Below are positions 10,217 through 19,422 of a stretch of 64,000 nucleotides of DNA, piece after piece. Each line of letters begins with the position of its first letter. Position 1 is the first letter of the stretch. The notes beneath the pieces are model-generated. The model did not search any database. It had not been told where the DNA came from and worked only from the letters and a program-made list of their open reading frames with translations. Origin of the DNA: Alphaproteobacteria bacterium (GTDB lineage Bacteria > Pseudomonadota > Alphaproteobacteria > UBA7887); assembly GCA_965216755.1 (NCBI GenBank), contig CBDCGL010000011.1:480001-544000 (forward strand), in the 5' to 3' direction. The position numbers were made by a program, and so were the translations under genes.

Positions 10217-10321
10217 TAGTCGCCCTTTGTTCAAACGGAGTCGTTTGAACGAAGCTAAATTGATCGATTTCAGTTAGATAGAGCGTGTCATGCGAACGCA
10301 TGTGAGCGTGAGGTGCTCCAG
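10217..10321. repeat. ~105-bp double-hairpin intergenic repeat, copy 1 (inverted relative to 44721-44825)
   Basis: GTTCAAACGGAGTCGTTTGAACGAAGCTAAATTGATCGATTTCAGTTAGATAGAGCGTGTCATGCGAACGCATGTGAGCGTGAGGTGCTC aligns nearly base for base with the reverse complement of 44721-44825. Confidence 0.9.
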
Positions 10322-10588
10322 TGCCCTGGGGCTGATGAAGGTTGGGGTGGGAAGGCAAGGTGGAAGTCGAGATGCATTGGCACTTTAGCATTTCGATGGC
10401 ACGTCGTTGGCTGGCTGCCACAATATCGTTTCACAGTTTTACATTTTGATACAATCTGTTTCTGGATTGGTGTGCCTACCGGGCGTAGGATGAATTGCTG
10501 AACTTTGCATTCTGCGAGCATTTGTATAATTAGGAGACCATGCTAATTACACTTCGATAGACGTAATCGTTTCGAAAATGGGCTGGAT

Positions 10589-10864
10589 ATGAACTCTAGT
10601 AACGGCGGTTCCATCTAAAGGGTTTGCGCGCGCGTAGGAACCGTCGACGGCGTCGGTGTGCTGAGCCGCCGTCGATTGTTGGGCGTTTCCTTGGTCTTTG
10701 TGTTTGCAGCTTAGTTATTTGGCGGCGTTTTGTACGCGGATTCTTTCGATTTTGTCGACGGTAAACCGGCTTTTCTGGTCCATTGGTCTCACTGCCACGG
10801 TCCGCAAGGCATAGGGGCCTACGGGCGCAATCTCACGGATGGCGAATCAAGGCACCGCGCATAA
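10589..10864 (+). pseudogene. Decayed exported c-type cytochrome gene (N-terminal part)
   Basis: One frame reads ...SRRRLLGVSLVFVFAA*LFGGVLYADS...GKPAFLVHWSHCHGPQGIGAYGRNLTD. It has two in-frame stops, WxxCH in place of CxxCH, and ends at the IS3 remnant. Confidence 0.5.
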
Positions 10865-11137
10865 TACCCACACCTCGTCGCCTTTTTTCAGCTCCAAGGT
10901 CAATTCGCCGACCAGTGTTTTCAGGCGCGCGTTTTTCCGTTCGAGCCGGCCTTGGCGCTGTTGATCGCCGGCCGTCTCGAAGGCATGTGCGGCGTTCCCC
11001 ATAAATTGATCACGCCATTGATAATATTGCGATTGCGCGATGCCGTGCTCATTGCACAACTCAGCAACAGGCCGGCCTCTCAGCCCCTCCAACACGATCA
11101 GCGCCTTCTGCGCCGACGTCCATTTTCGTCGTTTCAT
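10847..11137 (-). CDS. IS3-family transposase OrfA (HTH); no OrfB follows
   Basis: MKRRKWTSAQKALIVLEGLRG.PVAELC.EHGI.QSQYY.WRDQF...LE..NARLK.LVGELTLELKK. Confidence 0.85.
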   Translation of the reverse strand: MKRRKWTSAQKALIVLEGLRGRPVAELCNEHGIAQSQYYQWRDQFMGNAAHAFETAGDQQRQGRLERKNARLKTLVGELTLELKKGDEVWVLCAVP

Positions 11138-11212
11138 AGCTGCAACCCCCCTTCTTCATGCAGCCACGATTTCTCTCTTAGCTCAACCTCTCTTCAAACA
11201 GGGAGCGGTATA
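10865..11212 (-). mobile_element. Truncated IS3-family element (left end plus orfA)
   Basis: Left end TATACCGCTCCCTGTTTGAAG... on the minus strand from 11212; the same end recurs at 14716. Confidence 0.75.
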
Positions 11213-11993
11213 AATGTTTGAATTGTTAAATAACCGCTCGACATGATTGCGATAGCGATACAGGAAGGTACTGAAGGCGGGGATCCTGATCCGGCGCGGC
11301 ATCGGTTTGATGTTTGCCCAGGCATCGCGGTCCGCCATCTGTTGGCGCAGCGCGTCGCTGTCATAGGCGCGATCGGCGAGCAGAATGTTGCTGGCGCCTA
11401 GGCTGTCCAGCATGTCGGCCGCGCTCCTGCCATCGCGGGCTTGCCCTTCAGTGAGCTTGAGGTCGATGGCCAAACCGTTCGCGTCGACCAGGGCGTGGAT
11501 CTTGGTCGTCAACCCACCTCGTGAGCGCCCCATGCATCGGGCTCGAGCGTCGTTCCCGGAGGCGGCCGGCGCCGTTTCCCAGGCCCCCCATTTACGTTCG
11601 CGGCATGTTGATGAACCCGCACAGACGGTGAGTCGATCATTTGTGGGTCGCCCTCGTAGGCCTCTGAAATGGCGTCGAAAACACGATCCCAGACGCCTAT
11701 TTTCCGCCACCGGACAAACCGGTTGTCGCAGGTCGTCGGCGGACCATACCGTTCCGGAATGTCCGCCTAAGGTAACCTTGTGCGTCGACGCCGATAGATG
11801 CCGTTCAACACTTTCCGGTCGTCGGCGCGCGCGACACCGCGTGGTTTGTTGGGCAGCAAAGGTTCAATGATCGACCATTCGAAGTCTGATAGTTCGTACG
11901 GTCTTGGTGACATCGTGGGTCCCCGTCCTTGATTGAGCCCTTGACTCACGGTTCGACCAAAATTGGAACCCCTTTTATGAGTTCATGGCCTAG
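11213..11993 (-). pseudogene. IS5-family transposase, frameshifted and truncated at the 3' end by the IS3 element
   Basis: Fragments YELSDFEWSIIEPLLP.KPRGV.R.DDR.VLNGI, GP.TTC.NRFVRW, GRSRGGLTTKIHALVD, LLADRAYDSD, YRYRNHVERLFN. Terminus-like CTAGGCCATGAACTCATAA at 11993. Confidence 0.88.
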
Positions 11994-12099
11994 TCCATGT
12001 TGATTGTCAGTTCATAAGCGGCCTCTGGTCCATTGGGATGATGGTTTCCGGAGCCGGGCGCTGCCCAGGTTAATGATGCGACTACCTGCAAGCGGCGCC

Positions 12100-14364
12100 T
12101 CAGCCATGGCGCTTGTCGGAGACCGGGCGCAACCGCGCAGGAACGAACTTGTGCCACGGCGTACCGGCGAAAGCATCGCGATCCTCGCTCGCCGTAAGCT
12201 CGTTGGGCGGGGTTCCAGTGACCCGCCCGACGCCGACGGCGTCCGGATAGGTGAGCCCAAGGCCGTTGGGCAACGAGATGTGGCCCGGACGCATGCGCTC
12301 GTCGCAGCGCACCATCACAGTCACGGCACCGCGTTTGGTCGACAGCTCGGCGCTACCACCGTCTACGAGACCAAGCTCCGTCGCGTCTGCAGGACTGACC
12401 GCGAGGGCTGTGGCGTCGTTGCGTTTCAGCCAGCGCGGATCGCGGATGTTAGTTTGGGCGGTATAGTCGCGCCGCTCTCCCGCCTCGAGCACGAGCGGGA
12501 AAGCGTCGCGGTCACCGGGCAGAATGTCTTCGCTGAGCGAGGTCAGCTCATCGATCATCTCTGGCAGCCAGAGATTGGCTTTGCCGCGCATGCGCTGCAA
12601 GCTGTCCTCGGGCGCGTCGATGCTGAAGATAAAACCCGAGGGATTGTCGAGGGCGGCACGGAAAAGCGCTTCCCCCGCTGTCGGCCCGGAGAATCCGGCG
12701 CGAGCCACGGAGTCTGGATACTTGCGGGCGCAAATGTGTGCCGATAGCCAGAGGCCTACGGCGGTATCCGCTCCGTCAGCCAGGGTCGGGCCGAGCGTGC
12801 GCTGGAGAGCATGAATCGGGAAGGCGGCGATGCGCGGGTTCTCTTTCATTGCCGTGAAGAAGGCGCCGGCGAAGGCATCGCGATCGTTCGCCGCGGTCTC
12901 CGCAAGGGCGTCGAGGTCGCTGTCTTCGAAGACACCGATTGCCTGTAGCAGACTCGAATGGATTTCTGCCTCCGACAAGGTGCCCGGCAGCGGCGCAATG
13001 ATGGGGCGGCGCAGCTGGAAGAAATTTCGCGGAAACTCGAAATTAAAGAACGCTGCCTCCCACTTTTCGTATTGCGACGAAGCGGGCAGAACGTAGTGCG
13101 CGAGCTTCGCCGTCTCCGTCATCGCCACGTCGACGACTACGAGCAGCTCAAGCGCCGAGAGCGCCTCGCGCATGCGCTGGGAATCGGCCAGCGAGTGAGC
13201 GGGGTTTGCGCTCTCGACGAATGCCGCGCGCAGCCGGGCGGGGTGATCACCGAGAATTTCGTCCGGCAAAAGGTTGCACGGGATCATGTCGCCAAGCAAA
13301 CGCGTGCCCGTGACCGGGGAAGCCGGAAAAGCGCCGTCCGCCTCCCGGGTTCTGGCATAAATCGGCACGAAGTGGCTCGGGATGTTGGCGGCACCCAGCT
13401 TTGCGAAATGGCCCGTCACCAGGATCAGCAATCCGTTGAGGTAGCTGTTGAGGGTAGAGTTGGGCGACATCTCGACACCGAGATCCTCGTACATCGCCAT
13501 GCTCTCGGCTGCGACAATGCGGCGCGCGGCGGCACGAATGAGCGCGGCGTCCACGCCGCAGATACGGGCATAGTCGTCAACGTCGATCTCGGCAAAGAGG
13601 GCAAGGGTCTGATCCACGCCTTCCGCATGCGCGGCGAGGAAATCGTGATCGGCCAGACCCTCCTGCACGATCACGGCAACCAGCGCCGAAAGGCACCAAG
13701 CGTCGCGGCCCGGTTTCACTTGCAGGTGGAAATCGGCGAGTTCGGCTGTTTCGGTGCGCTTCGGGTCGAGCACGATCATCGAGCGAGCCTCGTCGCGCCA
13801 GATTTGGCGCAAGGTCGCCCGAGCCCGCTGAATGCCGTTCGAATGCCAAGGATTCTTGCCAACGAACACTGCGACCTCGCAATTCTCGAAATCGCCATGC
13901 CAATTGTTGCCGAACATTCGCTGGTTGACCCAGGCCATGCCCGTCTTCTCCTGCGCCAGGGCACTGGAGCGATAGGTGATGCCAAGCGCCTGGCGCAGCC
14001 CGGTGGCGTAGAGGCCAGGCAAGTGGTTGCCCTGGCCGCCGCCGCCGTAATAAAGAATCTTGTCGCCGCCGTGCCCGTCGCGAATGGCGAGGAGCTTGGC
14101 CGCGACCTCGGCAATGGCGGTGTCCCAGTCGATCGTCTCGAAACTGCCGTCGGCGCGCCGGCGCAACGGCGCGGTCAACCGGTCGCGGCCGTTCTGGTAG
14201 TAGTCGATCTGCAACGCCTTGTTGCAGGTGTAGCCCTTCGAGGCGGGATGATCTTTGTCTCCCTTGACACGCGCCATATGCCGCCCGCTTTCATCCAGCT
14301 GCACCGCAAGGCCGCAATTTGTGTAGCACAGCATGCACGCCGTCTTGAGCCACTGGTCCGTCAT
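12100..14364 (-). CDS. Molybdopterin (bis-MGD) oxidoreductase of the DMSO reductase superfamily, substrate unknown
   Basis: N-terminal CMLCYTNCG...HPASKGYTC.K Fe-S motif; DPKRTETA..AD, NPAHS, VVVDVAMTETA..A.YVLP...YEK; C-terminal dinucleotide-binding domain; no Tat signal. Confidence 0.88.
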   Translation of the reverse strand: MTDQWLKTACMLCYTNCGLAVQLDESGRHMARVKGDKDHPASKGYTCNKALQIDYYQNGRDRLTAPLRRRADGSFETIDWDTAIAEVAAKLLAIRDGHGGDKILYYGGGGQGNHLPGLYATGLRQALGITYRSSALAQEKTGMAWVNQRMFGNNWHGDFENCEVAVFVGKNPWHSNGIQRARATLRQIWRDEARSMIVLDPKRTETAELADFHLQVKPGRDAWCLSALVAVIVQEGLADHDFLAAHAEGVDQTLALFAEIDVDDYARICGVDAALIRAAARRIVAAESMAMYEDLGVEMSPNSTLNSYLNGLLILVTGHFAKLGAANIPSHFVPIYARTREADGAFPASPVTGTRLLGDMIPCNLLPDEILGDHPARLRAAFVESANPAHSLADSQRMREALSALELLVVVDVAMTETAKLAHYVLPASSQYEKWEAAFFNFEFPRNFFQLRRPIIAPLPGTLSEAEIHSSLLQAIGVFEDSDLDALAETAANDRDAFAGAFFTAMKENPRIAAFPIHALQRTLGPTLADGADTAVGLWLSAHICARKYPDSVARAGFSGPTAGEALFRAALDNPSGFIFSIDAPEDSLQRMRGKANLWLPEMIDELTSLSEDILPGDRDAFPLVLEAGERRDYTAQTNIRDPRWLKRNDATALAVSPADATELGLVDGGSAELSTKRGAVTVMVRCDERMRPGHISLPNGLGLTYPDAVGVGRVTGTPPNELTASEDRDAFAGTPWHKFVPARLRPVSDKRHG

Positions 14365-14715
14365 TGCCCGCCCTCCTTAACCAATCTCGCGTGAGGATCG
14401 TAACCGACAAGACGGCGCGGCACCAGATTCGGCACGACAACCTTTATGCGCGGTCGCGCGATCACTTGCTGCCGAACTGCCCGGTTGCCTCGACCGGATT
14501 GTGCACGGCTGCTAGGGATTGGGGCGGCTCAGAGGCGCTGCCCACGACCTTCTCCGATATCATTCTCTTCCTGCCTTCGCTACTGGAGCGAGGCGCTGCG
14601 CCAGGTGAGATCCGTTACGGTTTCAATCGAAACATCGCAAGAGAGGAAGAAAGGATACGGAAAAGCAGCGCGAAACGATCATCTTCCCCAATGCCAGCGC
14701 AGGGATGAAAGGCTA

Positions 14716-14802
14716 TATACCGCTTCCTGTTTGAAAGACGGTTGAGCTAAGAGAGAAATCGTGGCTGCATGAAGAAGGGGGTTGCAGCTATGAAACGACG
14801 AA
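14716..14802 (+). mobile_element. Second copy of the IS3-family left end, cut after four codons (MKRR)
   Basis: Near-identical inverted copy of 11125-11212. Confidence 0.85.
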
Positions 14803-15455
14803 TTTCTTGGTTGGCTGGTCGATGAGGGCATTGCACCGCATGTCGTTGTTCGCGATCAAAGCAAACGCAAGGACGGCACCTTTGCCAAAGCTGATTTCCA
14901 GTACGATGACGAAAGAGATCTCTACGACTGTCAGGATGGAAAATATCTCAAACGGTACCGATTGGCCGGGCGGTTGCCAAAAGCTAAGCCACCTAAGGAT
15001 TGTCTGCACAAATATCGAACGCCAAAGGCCGGCTGTGATGCCCGCCCGCTGAAGATACAGTGTTGCCCCAATCAACCGCTGCGTCAAGTATCGCGCAGCA
15101 CCCACGAAACAACCCGAGACATTGCTCATTCCCTTGTCGGCACTGACGAATTCCAGCGGTCATGGGACGACCGTAAGAAGGTCGAGATGCGCTTTGGGCA
15201 TCTCAAGACCTATCATCGCTTCGAGCGAATGAGATTGCGTGGGTTGTCCGGCGACAGGGACGAATTTCACCTCGCTGCCATCGTCCAGAACCTCAAAACC
15301 ATTGCCTTGATGCTGAACAAACTGCGGCCGACCCCGCGCGGCGTAATCGCTCACACTATGGCACTGCCCTTGCCGTAAGCTACCTCAAAGCGATGTATCA
15401 GACGATGCGACGGACGCCAGTGATCGCCCGTTTCTCCACTTTTTCAACAGCATCG
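14803..15455 (+). pseudogene. IS1182-family transposase 3' fragment with right end
   Basis: LGWLVD.GIAPHV...R.DGTF...DF.YD.E.D.Y.C..GK.L; C...PLK.QCCP; RKKVEMRFGHLK...R.RLRGLSG.RDEFHLAAIVQNL; terminus ACTTTTTCAACAGCATCG. Confidence 0.82.
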
Positions 15456-15615
15456 ACCCCTTTCGGCCCTGAGCGGTTGCAACATCTGCGGTCTCGGTGA
15501 CAGCCGCTTCGATCAAGCCGGGGTGTCTTGGGAACTTTCTTATGTCGATGCGCGGACTATTGGTCCATGCGAGCGTGATGTCGGGCGAGGCTGATACCGC
15601 TGGCCGAAGTCTCCG

Positions 15616-16548
15616 TCACGCAGCCGCAACGGGCAGGCGTAAATGCACCGTCGGCGGATCAATTCCTTCCTGTTCGCAGCTATTAGCGATGTCGAGGACG
15701 GTGGCGCGTTGCATGTCGCGGCGGAAGCGCAAGTCGTCAAAGGGCACGCCGCGATGCAGCGTGCAGCGATTGTCCCACATGACGAGATCACCAACACGCC
15801 AACGGTGGACGTAAGTGAACTGCGGTTGCGTGGCATGCGCAAGCATTTCGTCGACTAGCGCTTTGGCCCCTGCGTCGTCCATTCCGACGATGTAGCCGGC
15901 ATGCGATGCAACGAACAAGTTCTTGCGCCCCGTCTGCGGCATCTGACGAATCATAACATGCGGCACGGCACCGACAGCCAAGCGTTCGCCTTCCTCCCAG
16001 TCGGCATAACCTGTGCGCTCGCGCGAATAGACCAAAGAGTGTTCCGCAACCAGACCGTCGAGGTGCGCTTTTTGAGTCTCCGGCAAGGTATCATACGCCG
16101 CGCGCAAATCAGCAAAGGCGGTCTGGCCACCAACCGGCGGGATCTCACGGGCATAGAGCAACGAGACGAATGCCGGCACGTATTTGAACGAGCTGTCGGT
16201 GTGCCACAGACGGTTGCCGAGATGGAGGCCGCGCAGCCGACTGCTCTTCTCAAGAATTTTGCCATTGGCATCGAGATTCGATACATCCGTAATATCCTCG
16301 CGAAGGCGCAACTTTTGATCGGCGACCGCGTTCTTGACTACGCTGTGATCCATCGGCCCAAAATTCTTGGCAAATGAAACGTGCTCGTCCTGAGACAGCT
16401 TCTGGTCCGGGAAGATTAGGACGGCATATGTCCACAGTGCCTGCTTAATTTCTTCAAGATTCCCAGGCGTTAGGGACGCCAGATCCACGTCGCACACTTC
16501 AGCGACGAAGTCTTCGTTGACAGGACGAATCGTAACGCCCACGGCCAT
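15616..16548 (-). CDS. TauD/TfdA-family Fe(II)/2-oxoglutarate dioxygenase (TfdA-like)
   Basis: GNRLWHTDSSF, GG.T.FAD.RAAYD, W..GDLVMWDNRCT.HRG; GGAGGG RBS before ATG 16548. Confidence 0.9.
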   Translation of the reverse strand: MAVGVTIRPVNEDFVAEVCDVDLASLTPGNLEEIKQALWTYAVLIFPDQKLSQDEHVSFAKNFGPMDHSVVKNAVADQKLRLREDITDVSNLDANGKILEKSSRLRGLHLGNRLWHTDSSFKYVPAFVSLLYAREIPPVGGQTAFADLRAAYDTLPETQKAHLDGLVAEHSLVYSRERTGYADWEEGERLAVGAVPHVMIRQMPQTGRKNLFVASHAGYIVGMDDAGAKALVDEMLAHATQPQFTYVHRWRVGDLVMWDNRCTLHRGVPFDDLRFRRDMQRATVLDIANSCEQEGIDPPTVHLRLPVAAA

Positions 16549-17007
16549 TCCCTCCATCTTCCAAGCCTTGCAGCTGGCCAATGCGCGCGCGTCAAATGAG
16601 GCTGCTTGACTAGGCTTTACCTGAACTCTGGGAATCTATGGCAACCGCCGGCCCAAAGACAGGGTCATACTTGCAATGCTGGCCCGCGAGCCACGACCTG
16701 CACCGAAGATTTGCCTCGCGTTCACTGCCGAAATTGACGCCGGACGACGTCATGGGCTTCGAGGCCTGACAACGGTGTCGCGTCACGTTCCGATGGATGA
16801 GCTGCGTTTTCTAAGGCATCTGCCTGTCAATCATTGCCATTGATTGCGGTCGGCAAACGCTCATGCTCGCGAATTGGCATCGTTACAAGTGCGCGCTGCG
16901 GACCTTTCACCGTTAGTAGTTGCCGGATGATCAAAAGGCGGTTGTCAGTTGCGCAATCCGAACGACAACCGCACGCAGTGACCGCCATTCAAAGGTCGCC
17001 GACGTTC

Positions 17008-17304
17008 TCAATGTGCGGCGCCCTGTCTGGCGAATGGCAGGTCTTGGCTATCAGGCTTGGCCATATCCAGGGTAAGCGAACGCTTATTCCGGTTGGTGCT
17101 CAGAAAGTATGCCGCCTGACCGCTGTCTTCGCCGTGCGCATCCTTCATGTACGGTGGTCCGCAGCCACGCGTATCGTCGCCGCGACCTAGTTGTTCGACC
17201 TTGATCACGTCCGCGCCTAGATCGCCGAGCAACTGCGTGCCGCTCGGCCCGGCCAGAAACCGGGTCCGAACGAATACCCGGAATTCGTCGAGTGCGCTTG
17301 CGAT
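17008..17304 (-). pseudogene. CaiB/BaiF class III CoA-transferase N-terminal remnant
   Basis: LAGP..TQLLGDLGADVIKVE..GRGDDTR..GPP...AYFLSTNRNKRS.TLD. The expected TAATG coupled start reads TAATC, and the frame stops after ~98 codons. Confidence 0.85.
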
Positions 17305-18920
17305 TATGCCGGCAACGGCACGACGACGCCGGGATTCATTATGCCGGCGGGATCGACCGTCTGCTTGGCGGCTGCGAGAATGTCGCCGAACAAGTCAGGG
17401 CGCTGTTTCTGGTACCAAGGCATGTGCATTCGGCCGATGGCGTGGTGATGGGTCACCGTTCCGCCTGCGCCAACCATGGCGTCATAGGCGGCAGCCTTGA
17501 TCGCCATATCGGTTTCAACCATGGCGTGGGGGTCACAAAAGAAGTGAAACGTGAAATAGGGTGCCGGTCCGTCTGGGTAGAGGTGGGTGAATCGGCAGGT
17601 CACCGTCCCATCTCGCCCGGTCGCCTCGCGGATCGCGGCCTTCGTCTTTTCCATGACCGCGGCGTGCAGCGACGGAAATTGCGACCAGCTGATCGCGGTT
17701 TCGACCGTATCGCGGCCAATGCCGCGCGCCGTTTTTATCTCGCGATAGTATGGCTCTCTCAAGAATGCAGTGCGCCAGCGCACAGCGGCGTCCTCGCCTT
17801 CCGACGTATCGCCGACGGAGACGCCGCCATGATCTCGGCACGCCTGCAGCGCCAATTCCAGCCAATGTTCGACCGGATGATGGGCGGACTCGAAGCCGAG
17901 CACGAGTATGGCCGCCGCGCCGACAAAGGCGCCCGTGTAGTGTGCCTCATTGCCGTCAACTAACCGGCAATTTGCCGGATTGAGGCCGGCCTGCATGATC
18001 TCGCGCACCGTCGCGACGCCTTGTTCATAATCGTCAAAAGTCACCGTTGCGCCGGCGCGGTGGATTGGTGTTTGTGGCAGCTTGAGCCAGACATCAGTGA
18101 TGATGCCGAGGGCGCCCTCCGAGCCCATCACGAACCGATCCGGACTCGGCCCGGCACCAGAGGCTGGCAGGCGTCGCGATTCCATCGTGCCCTTCGGCGT
18201 GACGATACGGATGCTCTCGACAAAATCGTCGATATGGGTGGTCGTGCTGACGAAGTGACCCGCTGCTCGGGTTGCGACCCAACCGCCTAATGTCGAGAAG
18301 TTATAGGCTTGCATGAAAAACCGCATGGTAAGCTCGTGGGGCTTGAGCTGGCGATCGAGCTCGGGGCCAAAAATGCCCGCCTGCACCCGGGCGGCGCGTG
18401 ACACTTTATCGACCTCAAGAACCTGATCCATCGCCGACATGTCGATACTGACCACGGCCTTGAACCGATCGCCGACGGCCGGATTGACGCCGAGCACTGC
18501 GCTCGAGCCGCCACCAAAGGGAATTGCCGCGGCCTCGATCTCGCCGCACCAGTCGATCAGCGCGGCCACTTGCTGTTCGGTGCGCGGATAAGCAACGATG
18601 TCGGGTGCCTCGGCAAAGTCGCGGGCGAACATGCGTGCAGTTTCGATGGTAGTCTTGCCGTAGGTGTGCAGCGCCCGACGATAAACGTCTTCATGACAAA
18701 TGTCGGTCAGCGTGTCCGGAATCTTGGTGATTCGCGATTGCCTAAGAGTCAACTCGTCGAGCGTTGGTGCCGGCAGCGCTTCAAACTGATCGATCCCGAA
18801 TACACCGCCCCAAACGCGTTCGATCTCGGCGACCTCGGCATCGCTCGCGTGTTCGTCCTCAAATCCCCAGGCATAGAACTTCCGGCGCCTTTGCCGATGT
18901 TGCTGAGACACTGCCGTCAT
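17304..18920 (-). CDS. FAD-binding oxidoreductase, alkyldihydroxyacetonephosphate synthase-like (VAO/PCMH fold)
   Basis: RRKFYAWG, PFGGGSS, FSTLGGWVATR, SGAGPSP...GSEG.LGIIT, THLYPDGPAPYF, THHHAIG, DP.GIMNPG; GGAGG RBS. Confidence 0.87.
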   Translation of the reverse strand: MTAVSQQHRQRRRKFYAWGFEDEHASDAEVAEIERVWGGVFGIDQFEALPAPTLDELTLRQSRITKIPDTLTDICHEDVYRRALHTYGKTTIETARMFARDFAEAPDIVAYPRTEQQVAALIDWCGEIEAAAIPFGGGSSAVLGVNPAVGDRFKAVVSIDMSAMDQVLEVDKVSRAARVQAGIFGPELDRQLKPHELTMRFFMQAYNFSTLGGWVATRAAGHFVSTTTHIDDFVESIRIVTPKGTMESRRLPASGAGPSPDRFVMGSEGALGIITDVWLKLPQTPIHRAGATVTFDDYEQGVATVREIMQAGLNPANCRLVDGNEAHYTGAFVGAAAILVLGFESAHHPVEHWLELALQACRDHGGVSVGDTSEGEDAAVRWRTAFLREPYYREIKTARGIGRDTVETAISWSQFPSLHAAVMEKTKAAIREATGRDGTVTCRFTHLYPDGPAPYFTFHFFCDPHAMVETDMAIKAAAYDAMVGAGGTVTHHHAIGRMHMPWYQKQRPDLFGDILAAAKQTVDPAGIMNPGVVVPLPA

Positions 18921-18958
18921 TTGCCGCCTCCCCGCTTTGAGATTACCGAACCGCCGGG

Positions 18959-19422
18959 CTAGAGCCGTGTCCGACAATATTGAATCAATTCTGTTCGCGG
19001 CCCGGCGTGGCGATCCACGCGAAGGGCGGTGCCGCGCGATGCTCGTGTCCCGAAACCGAAGTTCGTCACGTCTGACCCCAGGCGCCTTACGAACTTCGGC
19101 TTCGTCAGGACACGAGCCGATTGTTCGCATCTCGTGCGGTTCACGGATCGGACGTTCGCTCTGGTGCTCGATGCGAGATCAAGCGAACGTCCGATCCACC
19201 GCACGAGCGCATCGGGCAAGTCGGCCGACCAATGTGGTCGTCCACATGGATCCCCATCGGGGGTCGCCCGCCGGTTGCGAACCCGCAGGGCCGGGCGCCT
19301 TTTCGCCAATCTCGGCGGCGCTGTCCTTGGCCGTATTCCCGATACGGCCCGCGGACAGCAATTTGATCTTGGCGAAAATGCACGCCGGTAGAATGGTTCA
19401 GTATTGTCGGACAGTGCTCTAG
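18959..19422. mobile_element. MITE-like non-coding element with ~33-bp imperfect terminal inverted repeats
   Basis: Left end CTAGAGCCGTGTCCGACAATATTGAATCAATTCT; right end reverse complement CTAGAGCACTGTCCGACAATACTGAACCATTCT; internal hairpins; no convincing ORF. Confidence 0.72.

Noticed and set aside
12958-14394. 478-aa plus-strand ORF
   Set aside because: Antisense shadow of the molybdopterin oxidoreductase in GC-rich DNA.
14365-14715. ORFs upstream of the molybdoenzyme
   Set aside because: No recognisable homology; likely promoter plus decayed sequence.
18921-19130. N-terminal extension of the 608-aa flavoprotein ORF
   Set aside because: It runs into the MITE-like element; ATG 18920 has a good RBS and family-typical start.
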